In this document: piece after piece, positions 53,786 to 63,938 of the stretch | Numbering within the stretch: the stretch's first letter is position 1 | How the letters are laid out: each line of letters starts with the position of its first letter | NCBI GenBank assembly: GCA_026770705.1 | Contig: JANJGN010000052.1 | Coordinates: 3,038,001-3,102,000 of the forward strand | Length of the DNA: 64,000 bases | Direction: 5' to 3' | Source of the DNA: Isurus oxyrinchus | Taxonomy: Eukaryota | Notes under the pieces: generated by a model | What the model was told of the DNA's origin: nothing | The model's input: only the letters and a program-made list of their open reading frames with translations | The model's database searches: none | Translations under genes and position numbers: made by a program

Positions 53786-56700
53786 TGAGGTTCACTCTCC
53801 TCTCTCAGGGCTGCACTGGAGTCTCGGTATCAGCCCTGATTCTGTGTTGAAGGAAGGTAAACTCCAGATCAACAAGACCCTGAATTGGATGAGCAAGCTC
53901 CTGGACAGAGAATTGTAGATTTACCCCTCAGTGCTCCATCGATCAAATACAATTCATTGCCTGTCAAGCCCTTGGCGAATTCCTGAGGATGTGAATGGAA
54001 CTTTCTTTCATTCTAGATTGACAGCACCTCAACTGGTGGGGGAATGCAACTGCAGTGTGACAGTTTACATAGGCAGTGTCCATTATAAATGTGACAGAGG
54101 AACTTATTCTGAGGAAAGGTGCCTGGAAATGCATTCAGACATCAGATACAAAGAGATGATACATGGAGTCTTGCTGTGCACTGTGCTTGCTCACTCTAAA
54201 ATCTTTATATGTTTATAGACGCACCACAGAATCTCTCAATTACTTCTCTTGATATGATTAACACTTCATCAATCAATATAATTGAGAGGAATTCTGCAGT
54301 GATAATCTGCTCTGTCGAGAGCTTCCCAGCTTCTAACCTGACGTGGCGACATCTTAATGTCCCAATGAACAGAACAAGTTCCAACAATGAGCTGTGGTTG
54401 GTGATTCCTCATGTGAGATCCAGGGACACTGGAGACTATCAGTGTGTGGCAGAGAATGAACATGGAGCAGTGGAGGGGTTCATAACCATCACTGTGGAAC
54501 GTGAGTTACACAGAATTCAACATTCTGTTTTTATTAGCTCATGGGATGTGGGTAGTGTTGACAAGACCAGAAATCATTGCCCATCTGCAACTGCCCCTTG
54601 AGAAGGTGGTGGTGAGCTGCCTTCTTTAACCACTGCAGTCCATGTGGTGTAGGTACACCCACAGTGCTGTTAGGGAGGGAGTTCCAGGATTTTGACCCAG
54701 CGACGGTGAAGGAACGGCCGATATAGTTCCTAGTCACAGGGCAGACCACCACCTCAAGTTCGCCTCCAAGTCAAACACCTCACTGACTTGGAACTGTCTC
54801 GGTGGAAGAGGTTAAGAGTTTGGAAGGTGCTGTCGAAGGAGCCTCGGTGAGTTGCTGCAGTGCATCTTGTAGATGGTGCACACACTGCTGCCATTGTGTG
54901 CCAGTGGTGGAGGGTATCAATGTTTATGCTGGTGGATGGGCTGTCGATCAAACAAGCTGCTCCTGGATGGTGTCGAGCTTCTTGAGTGTTGTTGGAGCTG
55001 CACTTATTCAGGCAATTGGAGATTATTCCATCACACTCCTGACTTGTGCCTTGTCGATGGTGGACAGGCTTTGGGGAGTCAGGAGGTGAGTTATTCACCG
55101 CAGAGTTCCCAGCCTCTGACCCGCTCTTGTAGCCACATTATTTCCTGTTGCTGGGTTGTTGCCAGGGCCAATAGCCTTTGCTGTATCCAGTATCATCAGC
55201 TGATTCCTGATGTCACATGGAGTCAATCGAATTGTCTGAAAGCTGACATCTGTGATGCTGGGACCCTCTGGAGGAGGCCGAGATGGAGCATCCACTCAGC
55301 AGTTCTGGCTGAACATGGTTGCCAATGCTTCAGCCTTGTTGTTTGCACTGATGTGCTGAGCTCCCCCATCATTAAGGATGGGGATATTTGTGGAACATTC
55401 TCCTCCTGTTAGATCTTTAATTGTCCATCACCATTCATGACTGGATGTGGCAGGACTGCAGAGCTTAGATCTGACCTGTTGGTTGTGGGATCGCTTTGTC
55501 TGTCGATAGCATGTTGTTTCCGCTTTTTGGCAGGTATGTCGTCCTGTGTGTCACCTCAGCAGCTTGGCACCTCTGTTATATGTGAATCCTCCTTATAGAA
55601 ACCTGCATGTACATGGATATTATCAATAAATATTACATAGATAAATGTTGTTTGTATAGACCTTTCATGCATAGACAATATCACTTCACAAGTTCAGAAT
55701 TACTACATGTACATAGGGAACCATTCTCAAACTGTACCGGAGTCATTCATTGGCTGATTTTACAGGGCGAGATTCCAATGAATGGAAAGCAGGATTGCTT
55801 GGAGCTGGAATCTGTTTGAGTGTTGGACTGAGTGGATTCTTCATCTTCAAGTGTGTGAGAAAGTAAGTGTGAAGGTTTAATTGGTTGTTTTTGAACATGT
55901 TTTCTTCAACCTTCTCTCCTTATAGAAAGAACTTGCATTTCTATAACATCTTTCACAACCCAAAACCCTTCACAACCCCTGAAGAGCTTTGATGTTCACT
56001 CATTGTTTAACATCTCATCCAACACTCAATGTTTCACAACTCAGTCCTGTAACAGGCAGTGTTGACCCGGACCATAAAATACCTTGTGACTTCCTGAGGA
56101 TGTGAAAGGGGATATATAAATGAAGACATTTCTTTTGTTAGTGAATGCAATCTCTTTCCATTTTCAGTGTCTAACTCACTCTCTCTCTTACCTCCACTAA
56201 TGCTCTCCTTCTCATTCTCTCTCTCTCTCATTCGCTCTCTCCCCAATCTCCACTAATGCTCTCCTTCTCATTCATTCTCTTGTCCTCTTACACGTTGTTC
56301 AGTCTCTCACAATTTTAAGGAGCGCTGAGCAACATCTGCTCCATCAGAAGATCTACCTCAACACCTGGAGCGAGCAATGAATTGAAACTCGCTCAACGAC
56401 TGTTCAGATTTACACAGGAATCACGACACAGAGTCAGGACACAAAGGGTTAACAGTTTGCTTACAACACAACACTAAGGCCTTACGTTTCAGTGAAAGGG
56501 TTTTCACAATTGTTCCCCAATTCCTCAGTTTGTCTCACAGAGACACATCAACCCTTTCTCATTAAATACACAGAGGGAGCAGCACAGGAAGAGGTCATTC
56601 AGCCCAAGCAGAGGGTGTGGGAAGTTCCTCCCCAGGCGAGCAGTCGGACAGGTACTGGGTAAGTAACGGAACGATTGGTACTCACTTCCACCACCAACAC

Positions 56701-58264
56701 CGTCCTTTGTTGATGTTGTGACTTTATAAAGACAGATTCCAATGATTGATGCCTTTGAAAGATTTCTACTGATTATTGAGATCTGGGTGTGAGGCTCAGG
56801 TCTGTTGTACAGAACATCTTTCTGGGAAAATTATGCAGACAGGTTACACACAGTCTACGATAATATTCCCTCAGGTCTAGAAGATTAAGGAGTGATCTAA
56901 TTGAGGGATTCAAAATGATTAAACACTCGAAAGGGTCGATAGAGAGAAGCTATTCCCTCGGGTGGGGGTGGGTGGTGGGGGTCGGGTGGAGTCCAGAACA
57001 AGGGGGCCGGAACTTCAGATTGGAGCCAGGCCGTTCAGGGGTGATGTCAGGAAGCACTTCTTCACACAAAGGGGAGTGGAAATCTGGAACTCTCTCCCCA
57101 ATAATCAAACCCAACACCGAATACACATCATGTTGATTGTCACTCTGTCCATTTCCATCTCTATTACAGAAGAGAGGCGAGGGGAAAGCAGGAATCAAAT
57201 CGAACCATCGTGTTGATGAATATCGAGATCCTGTTTATGAAAACTGTGAGCGTGGTTGGGCTTTGAGGAATCAGGTGAGTCACACACCACAGGATCCCCA
57301 GCCTCTCAGCTGCTCCAGTAGCCTGGTTATTGATATGGCTGCTCCAGTCCTGTATCTGCAATGTTTTATACAGTCACTCCCAAACCCAACCAAACTCACA
57401 CCCAACACCGTTCAGAATCAATAATCAAACCCCGTTCAGTATCAATAATCAAACCCCGTTCAGTATCAATAATCAAACGCCGTTCAGAATCAATAATCAA
57501 ACCCCGTTCAGAATCAATAATCAAACACCGTTCAGAATCAATAATCAAACCCCGTTCAGAATCAATAATCAAACCCCGTTCAGTATCAATAATCAAACCC
57601 CGTTCAGAATCAATAATCAAACACCGTTCAGAATCAATAATCAAACCCCGTTCAGAATCAATAATCAAACCCCGTTCAGTTTCAATAATCAAACCCCGTT
57701 CTGTATCAATAATCAAACCCCGTTCAGAATCAATAATCAAAACCCATTCAGTTTCAATAATCAAACCCCGTTCAGTATCAATAATCAAACCCCTTTCAGA
57801 ATCAATTATCAAACCCTGTTCAGTGTAAATAATCAAACCCCTTCCAGTATCAATAATCAAACCCCATTCAGAATCAATAATCAAACCCCGTTCAGAATCA
57901 ATTATCAAAACCTGTTCAGAATCAATAATCAAACTCCGTTCAGAATCAATAATCAAACCCCGTTCAGAATCAATAATCAAACTCCGTTCAGTATCAATAA
58001 TCAAACCCCGTTCAGAATCAATAATCAAACCCTGTTCAGTATCAATAATTAATGTATCTATTGTGGGTGGAATTTTCGATTTGGATTAATAATACTAAAC
58101 ACTGATCACTCTGATTGTCACTCTGATCATTTCTGTTTCTATTACAGAAGAAAGATGAGAAGGATCTGGAAATGAAATCTAACCGCGGAGTCAATCCTGA
58201 TACAGATGATGATCTTTACGCAAACTGTGATTTTGCCAAGGATTCTGTTTATGGGAATTTATAA
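47352..58264 (+). CDS. Gene B: Siglec-family receptor with a divergent TM and YxN/ITAM-like tail (SP-V-C-C2x2-TM-cyt); 557 aa in the preferred model
   Basis: join(47352-47391,49481-49849,50250-50546,53286-53567,54219-54500,55766-55862,56574-56658,57170-57274,58148-58264) is open throughout (1674 nt). Confidence 0.8.
48567..48720 (+). repeat. 28-bp minisatellite, about 5 units
   Basis: Same unit as 26946. Confidence 0.85.
49481..49849 (+). CDS. Gene B Siglec V-set exon
   Basis: SCVQIPC...GDCSLII...YFFRIE; 369 nt. Confidence 0.95.
50250..50546 (+). CDS. Gene B Ig domain 2 exon
   Basis: 297 nt; 4 aa differences from gene A. Confidence 0.93.
50617..51082 (+). repeat. 32/33-bp minisatellite array
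   Basis: cagcactccctcagtactgaccctcccacatg units. Confidence 0.9.
51308..51965 (+). mobile_element. Relatively intact CR1 LINE 3' end inserted in the minisatellite
   Basis: [24 protein letters not shown]...RLSRMGLYSLEFRRMRADLIE...FFSQRVVNVWN; ends in a tcttatgg-type tail. Confidence 0.9.
51976..53160 (+). repeat. 33-bp minisatellite array (about 35 units)
   Basis: Tandem units. Confidence 0.9.
53286..53567 (+). CDS. Gene B C2-set exon 1
   Basis: 282 nt, phase 1-1. Confidence 0.93.
54219..54500 (+). CDS. Gene B C2-set exon 2
   Basis: 282 nt, phase 1-1; intact counterpart of 31547-31827. Confidence 0.93.
54540..55570 (-). mobile_element. CR1-like LINE fragments
   Basis: SKSWNSLPNSTVGVPTPHGLQ on the - strand, same family as 18560-18995. 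Confidence 0.8.
55766..55862 (+). CDS. Gene B transmembrane exon (R)RDSNEWKAGLLGAGICLSVGLSGFFIFKCVRK
   Basis: ttttacag acceptor, AA|GTAAGT donor, 97 nt as in gene A. Confidence 0.88.
56574..56658 (+). CDS. Gene B candidate cytoplasmic exon 1 (copy of the 5' exon module), GSSTGRGHSAQAEGVGSSSPGEQSDRYW
   Basis: acacag acceptor, TGG|GTAAGT donor, 85 nt, phase 2-0; exactly restores the frame to the next exon. Confidence 0.55.
57170..57274 (+). CDS. Gene B cytoplasmic exon KRGEGKAGIKSNHRVDEYRDPVYENCERGWALRNQ
   Basis: ctattacag acceptor, CAG|GTGAGT donor, 105 nt, phase 0-0. Confidence 0.75.
57405..58049 (+). repeat. 24-bp minisatellite (aatcaaaccccgttcagaatcaat)n, about 27 units
   Basis: Tandem units; gives the INNQTPFR pseudo-ORF. 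Confidence 0.92.
58148..58264 (+). CDS. Gene B terminal exon KKDEKDLEMKSNRGVNPDTDDDLYANCDFAKDSVYGNL*
   Basis: ctattacag acceptor, phase 0, TAA at 58262-58264, followed by unique UTR-like sequence. Confidence 0.8.
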   Translation, partial: KKDEKDLEMKSNRGVNPDTDDDLYANCDFAKDSVYGNL

Positions 58265-59038
58265 ACTGAGCAAGAATGAGACACACACAGTGTGGGGAGA
58301 ATACAGAACGGGAGAATCATTCAAAACTCCAATTTACCTTCCTAATATCCACAGGAACTCACTCCCAGGAAATAGATTTAAACTTCTTGTTACAATCTGA
58401 TGGAATTTCTTTGGAATGATCTATCCAGGATGATTGTCTGTGGGTTTCAATTTGAACATCATCCTTCAGAATTGTCCCTCCCTGTTGGAAACATCCTTCT
58501 CTCCATTCTGATTGTAAATGTCTTTAGATATCGTTCGATGATGTACCAGGACAGAACGGACAAATTCAATCCCGTGTCCGTGATTATGAGTTAATTTTCA
58601 TTCTGTTATTCACCTTCCTGTCTGTCAGTGTTTACAGAATATTCATCAGCCAGTGTAGACTTCATGAAATGCAGGATCGGTGGATAATTGGAGCAGAGGA
58701 GATTGGCAAAACTTACTCACCATTTTGTAGTCAAATGTATTTTCAGAAATGTATTTTGATTTTACACTTCATCGTTAAACAGTGAAACGAACAACAATCT
58801 GGGAAACAGGGAAACAATTTGTTTGGAGATTTGAGAAGTTCTCTGCAGCTCAGAGGATAACAGATGTGCTACAGTGCCACCACTGGTGGGAGGACATCAT
58901 TTCAGCGTGACATGTTTACATTGATGTTGCCAATGAACATTGGAAATTATGATGTCAAAAATTGGTTCCAGCTTTACCTTCTTCAATATGTCATTGGATG
59001 GATGAGACAGCTTTGATAACAGAATGAAATAGAGCTGC

Positions 59039-59044
59039 AATAAA
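59039..59044 (+). terminator. Candidate polyadenylation signal of gene B
   Basis: AATAAA about 775 nt after the stop codon. Confidence 0.4.
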
Positions 59045-59319
59045 CCACCATTTTAGTCTTTCACACTTGGAGAGTACAATTAGCATCCATTCTGAAGGCT
59101 GAGTGGATGGGTGGACTGTGCGATGTGTTTCAGATTACAGAGACCAACTTTCTTGATCCTGGTTCTGCTCTATGTTTGATGACATTCTTGGATAAAAGAT
59201 TGGGAAAATAAATAATCCTCCGGCCTTAACCTGTAACTGGTCTCTCCATCTGTCAATGTCCTGAGGACAGAATTGGGTTTGAGGTCCAAAATCAGACACA
59301 TGCTTTGACTGCCCATTGA

Positions 59320-60995
59320 ATAGGAACAGGAGGAGGCCATTCAGCCCCCTCGAACCTGTTACACAGGAACAAGAGAGTACCTGAAATAAAAACAGAAAAT
59401 GCTGGAGAAACTGAGTAGGTCTGGCAGCATCTGTGGAGAGATAAACGGAATTAACATTTCGAGTCCGTATGATCCTTCTTCAGAGTCTATAAGCAAGAAG
59501 TCTATTTATCTCTCCACAGCTGCTGCCAGACCTGCTGAGTTAAGGCAGCATTTTCTGTGTTTATTTAAGATTTACAACATCTGCGGTATTTATTTTTAAT
59601 GAGACGAGGACATTCAGCCCCTCGACCCTGTTACACAGGAACAGGAGGAGGCCATTCAACCCCATGAGCCTGTTATACAGGAAAAGGAGGAGGCCATTCA
59701 GCCCCTCAAGCCTGTTACACAGGAACAGGAGGAAGCCCATTCAGCCCCTCGAGCCTATTACACAGCAACAGGAGGAGGCCCATTCAGCCCCTCGAGCCTA
59801 TTACACAGCAACAGGAGGAGGCCCATTCAGCCCCTCGAGCCTGTTACAGAGGAACAGGAGGAGGCCATTTCAGCCTCCTTGAGCCTGTTACACAAGAACA
59901 GGAGGAGGCCCCATTCAGCCCCTCGAGCCTGTTACACAGGAACAGGAGGAGGCCCATTCAGACCTTCAAGCCTCTAACACCAGAACGGAAGGAGGTCATT
60001 TCAGCCCCATGAGCTTGATGAACAGGAACAGGAGGAGGTCCATTAAGCCCCTCAAGTCAGTTACATAGGAACAGGAGAAGCCTCATTCAGCCACACGAGC
60101 ATCTTATATAAGAACATGAGGGGGCCCAAACAGCCCCTCAAGCCTCTTACACAAGAAGCAGAGGAGGAGGTTTATTCAGCCTCGAAGCTGTTATACAGGA
60201 ACAGGAGGAGGCCCATTCAGCCACACAAGCCTCTTACACAAGAACAGGAGGAGGTACATTCAGTCCCTCAAGCCTGCTACACAGGAACAGGAGGAGGCCC
60301 ATCAGCCCCCTCGAGCTTGTTACACAGGAACAGGAGGAGGCCATTCAGCCCCCTTAAGCCTGTTACACAGGAACAGGAGGAGGCCATTCAGCCCCATGAG
60401 ACTGTTATACAGGAAAAGGAGGAGGCCATTCAGCCCCTCAAGCCTGTTACACAGGAACAGGAGGAAGCCCATTCAGCCCCTCGAGCCTGTTACACAGCAA
60501 GAGGAGGAGGCCCATTCAGCCCCTCGAGCCTGTTACACAGGAACTGGAGGAGGCCATTCAGCCCCTCGAGCCTGTTACACAGCAACAGGAGGAGGCCCAT
60601 TCAGACCTTCAAGCCTCTAACACCAGAACGTAAGGACGTCATTTCAGCCCCATGAGCTTGATGAACAGGAACAGGAGGAGGTCCATTAAGCCCCTCAAGT
60701 CAGTTACATAGGAACAGGAGAAGCCTCATTCAGCCACACGAGCATCTTATATAAGAACATGAGGGGGCCCAAACAGCCCCTCAAGGCTGTTACACAAGAA
60801 GCAGAGGAGGAGGTTCATTCAGTCCCTCGAAGCTGTTACACAGGAACAGGAGGAGGCCCATTCAGCCACACAAGCCTCTTACACAAGAACAGGAGGAGGT
60901 CCATTCAGCCCCTCAAGCCTGTTACACAGGAACAGGAGGATGCCCGTTCAACCCCCTCGAGCTTGTTGCATGTGAACAGTCGATGGCCCTTCAGC
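59320..60995 (+). repeat. ~42-bp minisatellite array with a higher-order internal duplication
   Basis: acaggaacaggaggaggccattcagcccctcgagcctgttac units; a ~640-bp block repeats (about 59640-60300 vs 60370-60940). Confidence 0.88.
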
Positions 60996-61073
60996 CACAT
61001 TCTTGGCACGCAAAGGGTTGACAGTTTTCTAACTGTGCGAGGCAAAGAGCTGCTTTCTAACTTGGTACTAACC

Positions 61074-61213
61074 ACTTCCTCATTTTGTCTCACAGTGACA
61101 CATCAACCCTTTCTAATTAAACACACAGAGGGAGCAGCACAGGAAGAGGTCATTCAGCCCAAGCAGAGCGTGTGGGCAGTCCCTCCCCAGGCGAGCAGTC
61201 GGACAGGTCCTGG
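61074..61213 (+). promoter_or_regulatory. Leader C presumed promoter and non-coding exon 1 (module 61129-61213)
   Basis: Paralog of 25150-25289 with intact donor and ETS-like site. Confidence 0.6.
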
Positions 61214-61656
61214 GTAAGTAACGGAATGATTGGAATTCACTTCCACCACCAACACCGTCCTTTGTTGATGTTGTGACTTTATAAAGACAGATTCCAATGA
61301 TTGATGCCTTTGAAAGATTTCTACTGATTATTGAGATCAAGGTGTGAGACTCAAGTCTGTTGTACAGAACATCTTTCTAGCTCAAGGGATGAGGGAAGTG
61401 CAGGGACATGAGCTTTGGGGTGTCCTGAGCAGGTGAAAGGCGATATAGAAATGCAAGTCCTTCATTGTGTTACTTTCTTAAAGCCTTGTAACTCTCTGCA
61501 GAGCAACTATCATCCCACAGAGAATGAAATTAGTCTGTGAAGACATTGTCTAAAAGCAGTTCTGATCTCTCGAGAGGTGTCGGACAAGAGGTGAGGTCTC
61601 ATTAACTCATTTCTCTTTCACAGCTTGAGAACCAATGAAATACCTGGGAGTGGGCA

Positions 61657-61696
61657 ATGATCAGGAAATCTTACTTCCTCCTGTCACTTCTCCAAG
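61657..61696 (+). CDS. Leader C signal-peptide exon MIRKSYFLLSLLQ (no V exon follows before the next leader)
   Basis: Intact ATG and donor; intron homology to A and B stops at about 62902. Confidence 0.7.
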
Positions 61697-62481
61697 GTAA
61701 TATCATCGTCAGCTCGGACAGATTTATGGCTAATCATCTTTGTAAAACATAATTCTTATTGAGCTGTGATTGGGAACAGATTCAGCAGTGAGCCAGTGTA
61801 CAATCTCACACCAAGTCCCATTCACCCATCACCCCTGTGCTCACTGATATACACTGACTCCCTGTCTGACAGCAGAATTGGAGGAGAGCAGAGGACTTTG
61901 AGGTTTGCATGGTTGGAGGAGAAAGTGATTGGAGAAGAGGAATGGAGGGAATGGAAATTGAGGATGAGAGTCTTAAACTCGAGGCTCTGCTGGACTGGGA
62001 GCCAGTGCAGGTCAGCGAGTGGCAAAGGGTGTGAGGTGTTGAGTCGAGAAACAGTGATAAATACTGGGGGATGAAGTCTATCCTGATGCTTGGACGCCGA
62101 TAGCAAAGGAATGAAATTTGTGTCTTTTGCTGATTTTAATCAGAATTTCCCATGAAGACAACACAGCAGCTCCTAGAATAGACAGGCTGTTCAGTGTCAC
62201 ACTTCCTGTCCATTCTCACCTTGCTAGATACTTCAATAAGGGAGCAAGATAACTGAAAGAGAGAAGGAAGGTAAAGCTGTCCGTGTGTAAAGGGGTCAAT
62301 ATTCAAATTGTATATTTGTCTTTCTCTCGACACATGCAGAGCTCAGGCTAGAGGCGCTTTGTTAGTGTGTTTCACAGTGTCTGCTGGAGTAGGGTCAGTG
62401 CTGAGCTTGGAGACAAGTCAGTCTACAATGCTGCATCGGAATCAACAATACAACAATATGGGGTTTGGATCAGAAATAATC

Positions 62482-62746
62482 CCTTAGACAATGAGGATCC
62501 AAAGAGATTCCTTAGACAATGAGGATCCAAAGAGATTCCTTAGACAATGAGGATCCAAAGAGATTCCTTAAACAATGAGGATCCAAAAAGATTCCTTCGA
62601 CAATGAGGATCCAAAGAGATTCCTCAGACAATGTGGATCCAAAGAGATTCCTTAGACAATGAGGATCCAAAGAGATTCCTTAGACAATGAGGATCCAAAG
62701 AGTTTCCTTAGACAATGAGGATCCAAAGAGATTCCTTAGACAATGA
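62482..62746 (+). repeat. 28-bp minisatellite, about 9 units
   Basis: Same unit as 26946. Confidence 0.88.
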
Positions 62747-63308
62747 ACATACAAAGTGCACCAATCAGATTGAATCAGATTAACCAATCAGCTGTGTTGA
62801 GGAGCAGACAGGAATGTTAGGCTAATTAGTGATTCATGACGGTGATAATGGCGGGAGTTCTGAGGGCTCCTAATCCATTGTCCTGTCTTGTAAATCAGCA
62901 CCTTAATACTGACCCTCCAACAGTGCAGCACTCCCTCAGTACTGATCCTCCAACATTGCAGCACTCCCTGATTAATGTCCCTCTGACACTGCAGCACTCC
63001 CTCAGTACTGACCTTACACTAGTGCAACACTCGCTCAGTAATGACCATCCGACAGTGCAGCACTCCCTCAGTACTGACACTGGGGAGTTTCAGTCTACTC
63101 TGTGGGGCAGACGTCCCCTGAATCGGGTCTTGAACCCCACAACATTCTGACCCCCTGAATTTGGCTGTGAAACCCACTGACCCACAGGAGAAATTCCTGG
63201 TCAATAACTGTCCACCTGTGAGCAGAAATATCACCACAGGGTCAGGACACAAAGGGTTAACAGTTCACCAACATCTCAAAACATGAGCTGCTCTGACACT
63301 TTGATCCA

Positions 63309-63448
63309 ACTTCCTCATTTTGACTCACAGAGACACATCCACCCTTTCTAATTAAACACACAGAGGGAGCAGCACAGGAAGAGGTCATTCAGCCCAAGCA
63401 GAGCGTGTGGGCAGTTCCTCCCCAGGTGAGCAGTCGGACAGGTCCTGG
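63309..63448 (+). promoter_or_regulatory. Gene D presumed promoter and non-coding exon 1 (module 63364-63448)
   Basis: Has both ACTTCCTCATTT and TGACTCA (63321). Confidence 0.6.
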
Positions 63449-63898
63449 GTAAGTAACAGAACAATTGGAATTCACTTCCACCACCAACACCATCCTTTGT
63501 TGATGTTGTGACTTTATAAAGACAGATTCCAATGATTGATGCCTTTGAAAGATTTCTACTGATTATTGAGATCAGGGTGTGAGGCTCAGGTTTGTTGTAC
63601 AGAACATCTTTCTAGCTCAAAGGATGAGGGAAGTGCAGGGACATGAGCTTTGGGACATCCTGAGGTGGTGAAAGGCGATATAGAAATGCAAGTCCTTCAT
63701 TGATTTATTTTTTTAAAGCTTTTTAACTCTCTGCGGAGCACCTATCATCCCACAGAGAACCAAATTAGTCCGTGAAGACATTGTCTAAAAGCAGTTCTGA
63801 TCTCTCGAGAGCTGTCGGACAAGAGGTGAGGTCTCATTAACTCCTTTCTCTTTCACAGTTTAAGAGTCAGAAGCTAAAGGAATATCTGGGAGTGGACA

Positions 63899-63938
63899 AT
63901 GATCGGGAAATCTTACTTCCTCCTGTCACTTATCCAAG
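63899..63938 (+). CDS. Gene D signal-peptide exon MIGKSYFLLSLIQ; gene continues beyond the window
   Basis: Paralog of 25740-25779 with intact donor. Confidence 0.8.

Noticed and set aside
57330-58052. 240-aa INNQTPFR repeat ORF
   Set aside because: 24-bp minisatellite inside a gene B intron, open in three frames.
60116-60655. Glu/Gln/Pro-rich repeat protein
   Set aside because: Translation of the ~42-bp minisatellite; unit length varies and breaks frame.
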